From: a candidate division WOR-3 bacterium | GTDB taxonomy: Bacteria > Hydrothermota > Tepidihabitantia > Tepidihabitantales > Tepidihabitantaceae | Direction of reading: 5' to 3' | Assembly: GCA_965649225.1 (NCBI GenBank) | Contig: CBFGJX010000005.1 | Coordinates: 32,001-96,000, forward strand | DNA length: 64,000 nt | Shown here: in pieces, positions 29,296-38,847 of the stretch | Numbering within the stretch: position 1 is the stretch's first letter | How the letters are laid out: each line of letters opens with the position of its first letter | Program-made: the position numbers and the translations under genes | Notes under the pieces: generated by a model | The model's input: the letters and a program-made list of their open reading frames with translations, nothing else | What the model was told of the DNA's origin: nothing | Database searches by the model: none

Positions 29296-30045
29296 ATGGT
29301 ACCAATTGATCTTTCCGGCCGGAAGGCGATAGTGACCGGTGCCGGGGCCGGGATAGGTCGGGAGATCGCCACCGCGTTTGCCCGGGCCGGAGCCGCGGTG
29401 TGGGTGTGTGACATTGCCGAGGCGGCGGCCCGGCAGTGTGCTGAAGAGATTACCGCCGCCGGCGGAGTTGCCCGTTGGGGTACAGTGGATGTGGCCGATT
29501 CGGCAGCGGTTGAGCAGGTGGTTGCTGCCGCGCTGGCCGAGTTTGGCAGTGTCGACATCCTCGTTAACAATGCCGGCATCACCCGTGACAATCTGATGCT
29601 GCGGATGAGCGATGAGGACTTCGACCGCGTTCTGAGCGTGAATCTGCGCGGGGCGTTCTATTTCACCCGGGCCGTCGCACGGCCGATGATGAAGAACCGC
29701 TGGGGCAGGATTGTCAATATCAGTTCGGTGATCGGGCAGATGGGCAACGCCGGACAGGCCAACTACGCTGCGGCCAAGGCCGGTTTGATCGGTCTGACCA
29801 AGTCGGCGGCGCGGGAACTGGCGCCGCGCGGGATCAATGTCAATGCCGTCGCCCCCGGATTCATTGCTACGGCGATGACCGAGAAGCTCGACCCGAAAGT
29901 CCGCGAGGCGTATGTCAGCGCGCTGCCGTTGAAAAGGGCCGGCGTTCCGGCTGATGTCGCCGGGGCGTGTCTGTTCCTGGTTTCACCGCTGGCCGACTAC
30001 ATTACCGGGCAGGTTATCCGGGTTGATGGCGGCATGCTGATGTAG
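29296..30045 (+). CDS. fabG: 3-oxoacyl-ACP reductase
   Basis: TGAGAGIG, LVNNAGITRDNL, GNAGQANYAAAKAG, VAPGFIAT, VDGGMLM. Confidence 0.93.
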   Translation: MVPIDLSGRKAIVTGAGAGIGREIATAFARAGAAVWVCDIAEAAARQCAEEITAAGGVARWGTVDVADSAAVEQVVAAALAEFGSVDILVNNAGITRDNLMLRMSDEDFDRVLSVNLRGAFYFTRAVARPMMKNRWGRIVNISSVIGQMGNAGQANYAAAKAGLIGLTKSAARELAPRGINVNAVAPGFIATAMTEKLDPKVREAYVSALPLKRAGVPADVAGACLFLVSPLADYITGQVIRVDGGMLM

Positions 30046-30074
30046 CGGCAGAACACCGACGGCAGGGGGAAGGA

Positions 30075-32753
30075 GTGGATTCGAACCGGCAGGTGCAAGC
30101 GGCGGCGACCAGCTCCGGTATCATTGAACGATTCGAAGAGATACTCGCGGCCGACGCGCAGAAGCTGGTCGATGAGGAAAGCCGGCTGACGGCGCTCGAG
30201 GAGGCGCTGAATCTGGCCCGGCAGATCGATGACCCGGAGCGGGTCTGTCGGGCGGCAATCCGCATGTGCAACTGCTACTGGGCGCGCTGCGACTACGCGG
30301 CGTTCGAACGGATGCTGCAGCTGCTCGGCGCGACGGTCGGCCGCACCGACAACCCTCGTCTCCACGGCAGTTACTGCTACCTGCGGGTTGGCTGGTTGAA
30401 TGCCGCCGACCGCTATCAGGAGGCAGAGCAGGCCGCGCGGGAGTGCATCCGGCACTGGACCGCGGTCGGCTACCAGGAAGGGCTGGCGGTGCTCTATGAC
30501 GCAATGGGTTCGACGGCGCTGATGCGTGGTCAGGCCGCCGAAGCGCTGCGCTACTATCAGCTGTCGTTCGAGAACACTCCCCCCGAGGATATTCGCAGTC
30601 TGGCTCTCAGCCACGATAACATTTGTCTGGCGCTGACACAGCTCGGGCGGTGGGAAGATGCCGTCGAGTCGGCCTATCACGGACTGGCACTGGCCGAGCA
30701 GGCCGACATTCCCTACGTCCTGGTCGTCTCCCAGCAGCTGCTGGGAGACCTGTTTCTGCGCCGTGACCGGCCGGCGAAAGCGATTGAAGTTTACCGAACG
30801 GTGATCGATACCGCTCAGCGGCACAATGTCGGGGCCGACTATGCCCGCGAGGCAGTGCTGGGGATGACTGATGCCTATCTGCGGCAGGGTGACTGGGCCA
30901 AGGCGGAGCAGTTGTTGAACGAGCACGAACGGCTGCTGCTTGATGTCGGGCGACCGTACTGGCGGGTGCGGGTGCTGACGAGACGGGCGTTGACCGCTCT
31001 GGCCGGCGGGCGGATTGATGAGGCGCAGTCTTCCGCCCGGGAAGCGGTTGAACTGGCCGCCAGTCACAGTCTTGTCACCGAAGAGGCCGAGGCCCGGCGG
31101 GTGCTCGCTTCGGTACATGCCACTGCCGGTCAGGAGCGAGTGGCGCTGGCGTGTCTCGACGATGCCGCACGGTTGCTGGCGACACGCGAAGACAGCTATG
31201 AGCTTGCCCGGGTCCGGATGGAGAAGGGGATGCTGCTGCTCAGGCTGGGCAATGAGGCAGAGGGGCGCGAATTGCTGCAGACAGCCGGGCGGGTATTCCG
31301 GCGACTGGCGGTGACCGCTGAGTACAGCGAGGTGAGCAAGGCACTGCTGCGGCTGGAGCTGGAATCAGACCACGACCTTGCGCTGCTGAAGGGTGTTTCC
31401 GGGCTGGTTTCACTCGGACTCGACCCGGCGGTTTTTGTCACCCGGGTGATCGAACTGATGATGGAGGCGCTGGATTTTTCTGCCGGAGTGCTGCTGGTTG
31501 GAGGACGGCCGACGGCAGTTGTCGGCAGTCCGGACCTTGCCGCGGCGAGACTGGGTGCGGAATCGGTCGAGGCGGTCTGGGATGCGCGGTCGCTGACGTT
31601 GCCGGTGAACTTTCAGGGTCGGCGGCTCGGCTGTTTCTATCTTGATCGGCCGCAACCCGGAGGCAGAGAGCCACGGTCGATTGTGCTGGATACACTGGCA
31701 AGTCTGCTGGGACCGATGGTGCAGCGTCTGGCCGAGATCAACGCCAGCGTTACTGACGTTGTCGGTGAAAATCAGGAACTCGCCAGCCTGCGTTTTGGCG
31801 GTGTTGTCGGCCGCAGCCCGGCAATGCGCAGGGTGCTGGCGGTTGTTGCCCGGGTTGCCAGTACTCAGGTGCCGGTCTTGATCCGGGGTGAAAGCGGCAC
31901 CGGCAAGGAGCTGGTGGCGCGGGCGCTGCATGATTCGGGCCCGAGAGCCGGTCGTCCGTTTGTCGCGGTGAACTGTGCCGCGCTGCCGGAATCACTGATG
32001 GAGGCAGAGCTGTTTGGGGTTGAATCCGGTACTGCAACCGGTGTTGATGCCCGCCGGGGCCGCTTCGAGCAGGCAGAGGGGGGGACGGTGTTTCTGGATG
32101 AGATCGCCGAAATGAGCCCCCGCCTGCAGGCAAAACTGCTGCGGGTGATTCAGCAGCGGGAACTGGAAAGGGTCGGGGGACGGACGCCGCGGCGGCTTGA
32201 TATCCGGCTGGTTGCGGCCACCAATGCCGACATCGGCAGTCTGCTGGCGGCGGGTCGGTTCCGGGCCGACCTTTACTACCGGCTGAACACGGTTGAGCTG
32301 ACGCTGCCCGCACTGCGCGAACGCAAAGAGGATATTCCCGAACTGGTAGGGTTTTTCATCCGCCGGGCCGACGAAGAGTACGGTCGGAGTGTCGCCGGTT
32401 GCGAGGCGGCGGCGATGGCCGCGCTGTGCAACTATGACTGGCCGGGGAATATCCGGGAACTGCAGCATGTTGTCGAGCGGGCGGTGATTCTCGCCCGGGG
32501 CAGCGCGATAACTCTTGATACCCTGCCGCCAGCAATCCGAGAGGGAGGTCACCCGCGGACGGGAGATTCGGACTCGGCGGCTGATGAGGCTGACGCCGCG
32601 CTTATCCGACAGTGTCTTGAGCAGTCGGGCTGGAACGTTCCCGAAGCGGCCCGGCTTGCCGGTTACAGCCGGGCGCAGTTCTACCGGTTGATGCGGCGTT
32701 ACGGAATCAGCCGGCCGGAAGGCCAGCGGCGGCGTCGCGACCGCAGGGTCTGA
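30075..32753 (+). CDS. TPR-GAF-like / sigma54-interaction-type AAA+ / Fis-HTH transcriptional regulator
   Basis: TPR-like helices; GESGTGKE, VNCAAL, ELFGVESGTATGV (variant GAFTGA loop), FLDEI, FRADLYYRL, WPGNIRELQH, AARLAGYSRAQFYRLM. Confidence 0.9.
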   Translation: MDSNRQVQAAATSSGIIERFEEILAADAQKLVDEESRLTALEEALNLARQIDDPERVCRAAIRMCNCYWARCDYAAFERMLQLLGATVGRTDNPRLHGSYCYLRVGWLNAADRYQEAEQAARECIRHWTAVGYQEGLAVLYDAMGSTALMRGQAAEALRYYQLSFENTPPEDIRSLALSHDNICLALTQLGRWEDAVESAYHGLALAEQADIPYVLVVSQQLLGDLFLRRDRPAKAIEVYRTVIDTAQRHNVGADYAREAVLGMTDAYLRQGDWAKAEQLLNEHERLLLDVGRPYWRVRVLTRRALTALAGGRIDEAQSSAREAVELAASHSLVTEEAEARRVLASVHATAGQERVALACLDDAARLLATREDSYELARVRMEKGMLLLRLGNEAEGRELLQTAGRVFRRLAVTAEYSEVSKALLRLELESDHDLALLKGVSGLVSLGLDPAVFVTRVIELMMEALDFSAGVLLVGGRPTAVVGSPDLAAARLGAESVEAVWDARSLTLPVNFQGRRLGCFYLDRPQPGGREPRSIVLDTLASLLGPMVQRLAEINASVTDVVGENQELASLRFGGVVGRSPAMRRVLAVVARVASTQVPVLIRGESGTGKELVARALHDSGPRAGRPFVAVNCAALPESLMEAELFGVESGTATGVDARRGRFEQAEGGTVFLDEIAEMSPRLQAKLLRVIQQRELERVGGRTPRRLDIRLVAATNADIGSLLAAGRFRADLYYRLNTVELTLPALRERKEDIPELVGFFIRRADEEYGRSVAGCEAAAMAALCNYDWPGNIRELQHVVERAVILARGSAITLDTLPPAIREGGHPRTGDSDSAADEADAALIRQCLEQSGWNVPEAARLAGYSRAQFYRLMRRYGISRPEGQRRRRDRRV

Positions 32754-32792
32754 ACGGCGCTGCCGGCACGGCCGGTGGGCGGACGGCGACGG

Positions 32793-35700
32793 TTATCGTG
32801 CCAGCCGCGCAGTGAGCAGTCTTGTCCAGTTCGGCCCGGCCAACCGGACAAAGTAAGTGCCAGCGGGCAGGCGGTCGGGCTGCCAGTAAACAACTTCACC
32901 GGCCGGCGCGCCCGAGCGGCCCGGTTCCGCAATCAGCCGGCCGGTGGCGTCGAAGACCTGGACTGTCAATGGGCGGTCGACCCCGGTCGGCAGCCGGATG
33001 GCAAGGACCCGGCGGAAGGGGTTGGGCCACAGGACTGCTTCGGTCGGTCGCGGCTGTGCCGGACGGGTTTCTTCCAGTCCGACATTGGCGTCGTACCAGT
33101 TCTGGGCCCGATTGCAGGCATCGCGCAGCTGGAGCGAGTCGGCGGCACCGAGCAGGGCGAAAGCCACCCGGCGGCGGCCGCCGGGCGGCAGGGTTATCGG
33201 GCCGGCGGAAACGACAACCGACCAGTCGTAGGGCCGGTCGGCGGCAGCGCTGCCAAGCGCGCCGGTCAGCAACCGGTACTTCATGTCTTCGCTCAAAGCC
33301 GAGTCAGGATTGACATAGCGGGCGTGGTCAACGCAGACCGTTGACGCGGTGCCGTCAGCGGCGAGCAGTTTGATTCCAACCCAGCGGTTCGGTGACTGGA
33401 TATTGCGCATCCAGGCCGCCTGCAGCTCAGGCAGCGTGCCGGCGATGTCGTGCAGACGGTCGGTGGCGACGACATCGAAGTCAGCCATGATTCCGCCGTA
33501 GCCGGTGATTGATTCGCTGGCAGAGTTGAAGATGTCGTAGATCAGCACCACCCAGTTCCGTGCGTCGGCGACGGCAGCGGCAAGCGCGTGCTGGCTGACG
33601 GTGATGCCGACCGGTGTCGGATGGCCGTTGTCGGAGAAGGCGGCCGAGTAGCGGATGTCGCCCCCCCAGGTTGGCTGTCGCACAAAGAGACTTTCGACAA
33701 GCTGCCAGTCGGTATCAGGGTTACGACGCCGGCCGTAGAAGCGGTCGATTACCTGTTGTGGACCGGCGGCGAATACAAACGAGGCAGTGCGCAGGGTTGA
33801 GGTGTCAGTCTTGGGGTAGCGAAAACCGCGTCCGGGCCGTTCCGATTCCCGGTCCCAGCCAAGAGTGCCGCGGGCAGTCAGGGTGAGTGCGACATCGCCG
33901 GTGTCGAGTTCGGCGGTAGTCCGGCCGGGCCAGCCGATTGGCAGTTCAAAACCGGTTTCCCAGCGGCCGTCCCGGGCCTGGATTATCAGCTCGAACTCGG
34001 CGGTAGAGCCGGGCAGGATGCCGGACAGCGCGGTCACTTCGGCAATCCGAACCGAGCTGGATTCGCCAGCGGCGATGGTGCCGACAGCGGCGGTGGTGTC
34101 GGAGAGCCGGATGCCGGTCGTTATCGGCCGGAACGAGAGCCGGCAGTCGGTTGCACCGGCATTGCCGGAATTGACCAGCGTCAGCCAGAGCGCCGCGATT
34201 TCACCCGGTTCCAGAATCGAATTGGGGTTGCGTTGGCCGGCGTCGTCGATTGCGACACGCGACAAGACAATATGCGGGAGCGGTTCGCCGGCCTGAACCG
34301 TAATTGTCCGGTAAGCCGGTCGGCAGTCGTGAGCGGTGACGGTGACGCTGAGCGGGCCGGCGGTGGCCGGTCGGACCGTCAGCACTGCCCGGCCGGTGCT
34401 GTCGGTCCGGGCCCGGGCGTAGGTTTCGTCGGTCTTCCAGGCGCAGACCAGTGCTCCGCGCAGGGGCTGTCCGGAAGCGGTGACCGAGATTTCCAGCAGG
34501 CGGGAACCGGTCGCAATCGAGTCGGGGCAGCTGAGCACCGGCAGCGGCGGCGGTTTGGTCCAGATGTCAATCGCCGGGTCACCGAAAAGGTTGAACTCGG
34601 TCAGACACCAGCGCCAGAGCGCGTCGTAGCGGGCGGCGGCAGCATATTCCTCCCGCGAGCGGCTGTGGCAATCACCGAGTACGGTTGCGCGGCGTGCGAG
34701 CAGATAGTCGTAGAAGCGGGCACAGAGTTTTTCCGATGGCCCGAAGTAGGGCGGGGTTCCCCAGCCGTAGCGCGAGTTCATCATCACCGCGATGCAGCCG
34801 CCGTCCGGACGGTTGTGGGCCAGTTCGGCAAGGCAGTCTTCGTATTCGAAGTTGCCCGGCGTGCAGGCAAGCGATGTCATGATGCTGTAGCGGCGGCGGT
34901 TGCGTTGATTGCGGGCCTGACTGGCAGTGTAGATCGGGGTGCCGTCTTCGTCGTAGACGCCCTGCTCGTTGCCGTGGCCGGCCGGGTCGAACAGTGCAAA
35001 GCCGTTGTCGAGCGATTCGGCGACCACCTGAGCCCCGGGCGGGTTGACCAGTGCGACGTCGATCCAGCCGGAGGGGGTGAAGCCGGCGATGGTATCGTTG
35101 AGGAACCGGCCGTGGTAGTTCAGCGAACGCCACAGCCAGCCTGATGGCAGCAGCGCCTTCTGGATGAACACCGAATCGGGGTCGTCTTCATAGCTGGAGA
35201 CCTTGTTCAGGAAGGTTTCGATTTCGTCCAGTCGGTCGACCGAGACCCGGCCGAGAAGGACGTCGCTGTAGAGGTCGACCGAGTCGCCCATCTCGCCATA
35301 GCGGCCGTTGCGGTTGGAGTCCCAGGACCAGTCGAGGTCAGCGTAGTACAGGTCGGTCGGAATCTCGCCCTGTTCACTGCCGACCGTGACATGAATCCGG
35401 CGGCAGGGAATGACCGAATTGTCGCCGGCAAGAATGACATAAACCAGACCGCGGTGTTCGTGCCAGTCGCGGATGAAGTTGCGAATTCGTTCCTGAAGGT
35501 CAGCGCCGGGATAGTTGCGTTCGATCCACTCGACCGACCTGATTTCGGTCGGAATGCCGCGCCGGGTGCGGCGGACACGATGGGGTTCGAGTGCGGAGGC
35601 GAAGCGGGCAGCGGTAATGATGACGCAGTTGACTTCAGCGGCGTCGGTGACGGCGGTGGCGGGGGCAAAGCGGACAATGTCAGCCGGGTTGACAACAAGG

Positions 35701-36287
35701 CTCTTCAGCCCCTGGCCGATGAGTGCCGCCTGCTGAGTTGTCCGGGCAGTGGTGGCGGGTCCGGGTTCGTAGTTGAAATCGACAACCATCTGCGAGCAGA
35801 GTTCCAGTGTGCCCGCGGCCGGCCGATAGCGCAGCGGTGCGACCAGCACACCGGCAACCGTGTAGCCGCCGGCACTGCCCTGGCTGGGCGGGCGATGCAG
35901 AGCCGCCGGCCAGACCGCTGCTGAATAGGCTGTCGGGTCCGGCTCGACGAATGCCAACGGTGCGGCCGAGATTGGCCGGGGGAGCTGAGCCGGGCAGATG
36001 CGATAGCTGCCGGGCAGCCGGGTCCAGACGAGCGGCGTTATGCTGACTCCGGTCAGACGGGCACCGGCCGGCAGCAGGCAGGTGACCGGCAGCTCGGGCA
36101 GGGCCGGCTCGCCCGGTCGGGCGAGGGTAATGCCGCGTTCCAGCTCGACGACATCGTATCCGGCGGCACGACGGTGCTGCAATTCTGACGGGTCAACGGT
36201 GATTTTTGCCGTGATGGTGCCGGCGGTGGCCAGCGCGGACAGCACGGTCAGTGTGGCGATCAGCACGATTTTCAGTTGTCGATACAT
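32793..36287 (-). CDS. Secreted C25 (gingipain-like) cysteine peptidase with propeptide, Ig-like domains and T9SS-type CTD
   Basis: Signal peptide; PGEPALP propeptide, YVILAGD, TDLYYADLD, GRV, AGHG (His), LACTPG (Cys), NLFGDPA; C-term WPNPFR..VFDATGRLI..W..LPAGTYFVRL. Confidence 0.9.
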   Translation of the reverse strand: MYRQLKIVLIATLTVLSALATAGTITAKITVDPSELQHRRAAGYDVVELERGITLARPGEPALPELPVTCLLPAGARLTGVSITPLVWTRLPGSYRICPAQLPRPISAAPLAFVEPDPTAYSAAVWPAALHRPPSQGSAGGYTVAGVLVAPLRYRPAAGTLELCSQMVVDFNYEPGPATTARTTQQAALIGQGLKSLVVNPADIVRFAPATAVTDAAEVNCVIITAARFASALEPHRVRRTRRGIPTEIRSVEWIERNYPGADLQERIRNFIRDWHEHRGLVYVILAGDNSVIPCRRIHVTVGSEQGEIPTDLYYADLDWSWDSNRNGRYGEMGDSVDLYSDVLLGRVSVDRLDEIETFLNKVSSYEDDPDSVFIQKALLPSGWLWRSLNYHGRFLNDTIAGFTPSGWIDVALVNPPGAQVVAESLDNGFALFDPAGHGNEQGVYDEDGTPIYTASQARNQRNRRRYSIMTSLACTPGNFEYEDCLAELAHNRPDGGCIAVMMNSRYGWGTPPYFGPSEKLCARFYDYLLARRATVLGDCHSRSREEYAAAARYDALWRWCLTEFNLFGDPAIDIWTKPPPLPVLSCPDSIATGSRLLEISVTASGQPLRGALVCAWKTDETYARARTDSTGRAVLTVRPATAGPLSVTVTAHDCRPAYRTITVQAGEPLPHIVLSRVAIDDAGQRNPNSILEPGEIAALWLTLVNSGNAGATDCRLSFRPITTGIRLSDTTAAVGTIAAGESSSVRIAEVTALSGILPGSTAEFELIIQARDGRWETGFELPIGWPGRTTAELDTGDVALTLTARGTLGWDRESERPGRGFRYPKTDTSTLRTASFVFAAGPQQVIDRFYGRRRNPDTDWQLVESLFVRQPTWGGDIRYSAAFSDNGHPTPVGITVSQHALAAAVADARNWVVLIYDIFNSASESITGYGGIMADFDVVATDRLHDIAGTLPELQAAWMRNIQSPNRWVGIKLLAADGTASTVCVDHARYVNPDSALSEDMKYRLLTGALGSAAADRPYDWSVVVSAGPITLPPGGRRRVAFALLGAADSLQLRDACNRAQNWYDANVGLEETRPAQPRPTEAVLWPNPFRRVLAIRLPTGVDRPLTVQVFDATGRLIAEPGRSGAPAGEVVYWQPDRLPAGTYFVRLAGPNWTRLLTARLAR

Positions 36288-36293
36288 CGGGAG

Positions 36294-36366
36294 AGTTTAC
36301 CGGCCGGTGCCCGGTTGGCAAGGAGAAGCCGGCCAGGTTTGACAGCGGTGATGAGCCGCTTAGATT
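36294..36366. promoter_or_regulatory. Back-to-back divergent promoters for the C25 protease and the TPR gene (both leaderless)
   Basis: Minus: TTGCCA(36321-36316)-16-TAAACT-6 nt-ATG. Plus: TTGACA(36339-36344)-16-TAGATT-6 nt-GTG 36373. Confidence 0.6.
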
Positions 36367-36372
36367 TTCTGT

Positions 36373-38106
36373 GTGGAGATTTCGGGGACGCCGTCGCCAA
36401 CCGTTGCCGAGCTGCGACAACTGCTTGCTGATGCCACTGATGACAATGACCGTGAAGTGCTGCTGGACAAGCTGGCGAAAGCCCTGGCCAAGTCAGAACC
36501 TGATTCGGCGGTCGAGTATCTGAAAGCCGCTGCCGTCCTGGCACGCCGGGCCGGTGCGGCGCGCCGGCTGGCCCGTCATGCGATCGATGCCGCCGAGCTG
36601 CTGGAACAATTCGGCCGTTCGGACGAGGCAGAGACATTCCTGCCTGCGATCGTCGAAGCAGCGGGACTGGCGCAGAACGAGACCGACCGGCAGGTGATTC
36701 TGGGGCAGCGTGATTATGTCGAAGCGACGATTGCCTACAACCGGGGTGACTTCGGGCTGGCCCGGGAGCTTTTTCGGCTGGCGGATGGACACTGGGAGTC
36801 GGCCGGACTGGCTGAAGGGCGGCAGGCAGTTCAAGTGATGCTGGGCAATATTGCGATTCTGACCGGCAACCTCGGCGAGGCGCTGGCGCGGGAGCGGGCG
36901 GCGGCAGAAGTGGCGGCAGAACTGCAGGACTGGACTTCCTGGGCGAATGCGATGAACAACGTCGCCCTGACTTTGCTGCGGCTGGGACGCTGGGATGATG
37001 CGGTTGTTGCCCTGCAGCAGCTGGTCGATTCGATGCCGATCGAGGACCGCGTCTGTTCGGCTCACGCCTGTTCGTCGCTGGCAGAGGTGCTGATCTATCG
37101 CGACCGGATTGACGAGGCTGTGGCAGTTCTGAACCGGGGGCTTGAACTCTGCAGCGGGGTTTCACTGTTTGAGTTTGATCCGATCCGACAGGACATCGAG
37201 GCCAGTCTGGGCAGGGCATTGCATCGCCAGGGCCGGTTCGGCGAGGCAAAGGCAGTCTATCGGCGGATTGTGAACAGTTACGGCAAAGAGCCGGCAACGC
37301 GTGTAGTGGTGCTGGGTCAACTGGCCGAAGTGCTTGCCGATGCCGGAGAAATCGACGAGGCGCTGGAATGCTGTCGGCAGTCGCTTGAACTGGCACGCAA
37401 TCATGACCTGCGGCTGGCCGAGGCGGCAGGGCTGAGGGTTGAAGCCAATCTGCTGGTCGCAACCGGGCGCCGGGTTGAGGCAGAGCAGGACTTTGCGCGA
37501 GCGGTCGAACTGCTGGCCGACATCGATGATTCCTACGACCGGGGGCTGATTCTGGCTGATTTCGCCCGGCTGCTGATTGAACTGGGACAGAACGACCGGG
37601 CGCAGGGTATGCTCAACGAAGCCGACCGCGTCTTCCGCCGGCTGGGCGCGTTGCGGGAAACAGTCAACGTCAATCGCCTGTCGTTTCAGCTGCAATGCAG
37701 CCATGACCCGGACGGGGCGGTATTGAAAACGGTGGCCGGGCTGTTGTCGATTGGACTGGCGCCGGAGGTGCTGTGTCGCGAGGCGCTGGAGCGGGTCTGC
37801 AGTGCCTACGGATTTGAGCACGGCGCGATAGTCGCCGGCGACAGGGTCGTCGCGAAGCGTGGCGAGCCGGACATGGCACGGGCGGCAGGAGTCAGTGACA
37901 GTGTGGGCGCGACGTCCGAAGACGGCAACTGCATGGTCTGGCCGGTGACCAGAGCCGGTGTGACTGTCGGTGCGATATGCCTGCAAAGAACAACGGCGGC
38001 ACCGGCGGCGCTTTATCCGCTGGCGCTGGGTGCGGTGGCCAGCCTGCTCGGGGCTGTCATTGGTGTTGCCGGAAGCCGGCAGGAAACTGCCGCTCCAACC
38101 GGCTAG
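36373..38106 (+). CDS. TPR + GAF-like protein, paralog of the N-terminal part of 30075..32753
   Basis: Shared motifs LGRWDDAV/LGRWEDAV, DSYDRG/DSYELA, RVFRRL, LKTVAGLLSIGLAP/LKGVSGLVSLGLDP, VASLLG/LASLLG; ends where the paralog's AAA+ domain begins. Confidence 0.8.
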   Translation: MEISGTPSPTVAELRQLLADATDDNDREVLLDKLAKALAKSEPDSAVEYLKAAAVLARRAGAARRLARHAIDAAELLEQFGRSDEAETFLPAIVEAAGLAQNETDRQVILGQRDYVEATIAYNRGDFGLARELFRLADGHWESAGLAEGRQAVQVMLGNIAILTGNLGEALARERAAAEVAAELQDWTSWANAMNNVALTLLRLGRWDDAVVALQQLVDSMPIEDRVCSAHACSSLAEVLIYRDRIDEAVAVLNRGLELCSGVSLFEFDPIRQDIEASLGRALHRQGRFGEAKAVYRRIVNSYGKEPATRVVVLGQLAEVLADAGEIDEALECCRQSLELARNHDLRLAEAAGLRVEANLLVATGRRVEAEQDFARAVELLADIDDSYDRGLILADFARLLIELGQNDRAQGMLNEADRVFRRLGALRETVNVNRLSFQLQCSHDPDGAVLKTVAGLLSIGLAPEVLCREALERVCSAYGFEHGAIVAGDRVVAKRGEPDMARAAGVSDSVGATSEDGNCMVWPVTRAGVTVGAICLQRTTAAPAALYPLALGAVASLLGAVIGVAGSRQETAAPTG

Positions 38107-38489
38107 GTTGGGCCGGAATCGGCGTTCAAAAACAGTCTCAGCTGGGCAGCGGCAATCGTGACAAGCAGCCGGAGGTTCAGTCCGCGGGCAGCCCAGCGGC
38201 TGACAAGCCGGGCAGTTTCGGCCGGCAGCGCTGGCCGTTTCGCCCGGCGTCCGAGCAGGGCCCAAACCGAGCGGCCGAAGGTCAAATAGGCCGGCCGCAG
38301 GGCGACTGCAACGCCGTGACGGTCGGTTACGGCAGTGGTGGCAAGGTCAACGGCCGCCTGTTCAAGCTGGGCGGCGTGAAGATGCCGGACAGACTCTCCG
38401 TCAGCGGCAGGACAGTTGTGGCGATACCGCCGCGCCGCCCGATCGGCCCGGTGGTCGAAGTTGTCGTTCGCAGGCGGCGTGATGGTCAT
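38103..38489 (-). CDS. Small helical protein resembling the SIRV2/Adnaviria-type major capsid protein fold
   Basis: 128 aa; core TAVTDRHGVAVALRPAYLTFGRSVWALLGRRAKRPAL...WAARGLNLRLLVTI; ungapped similarity to the rudivirus MCP core as recalled from memory. Confidence 0.55.
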   Translation of the reverse strand: MTITPPANDNFDHRADRAARRYRHNCPAADGESVRHLHAAQLEQAAVDLATTAVTDRHGVAVALRPAYLTFGRSVWALLGRRAKRPALPAETARLVSRWAARGLNLRLLVTIAAAQLRLFLNADSGPT

Positions 38490-38819
38490 CACCGGTTAGA
38501 GCCGGTTGCAGGTAAATCGGCGACAATGGGATTCCACCGGTGTTGCGCCGTCCGGTTGCAAACTGTGCCGGGTCGGGCGGTTGCCGGGTTATGTTGTTTT
38601 TGAAAACCGGATTCTGCCCGTTCCGCCTCCGGGTCGGTCACGGCCGCAACAATGTCTGCTCTCGAACATGCCCTGGGCAGGTATTTCGGCCGGAAAGTCA
38701 GCGACGAACACGGACTGATGCACCGGCTGGCGGACTGGTTCCGGCCGGGTGTCAGTGGCAGTATCCGGGTGGCGGCAGGGTCTGGTTGGTTTGCAGTCTG
38801 TCTGGTTGAGTCCTGATGC

Positions 38820-38847
38820 TTGACGGGCGGGCAGATTCGGCTATCTT
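38820..38847 (+). promoter_or_regulatory. Putative sigma70 promoter of the etf-hdrA operon
   Basis: TTGACG-16-TATCTT. Confidence 0.45.

Noticed and set aside
38556..38571. Possible sigma54 promoter (CGGCACAGTTTGCAA on the minus strand)
   Set aside because: The GG-to-GC spacing is 8 nt rather than the required 10.
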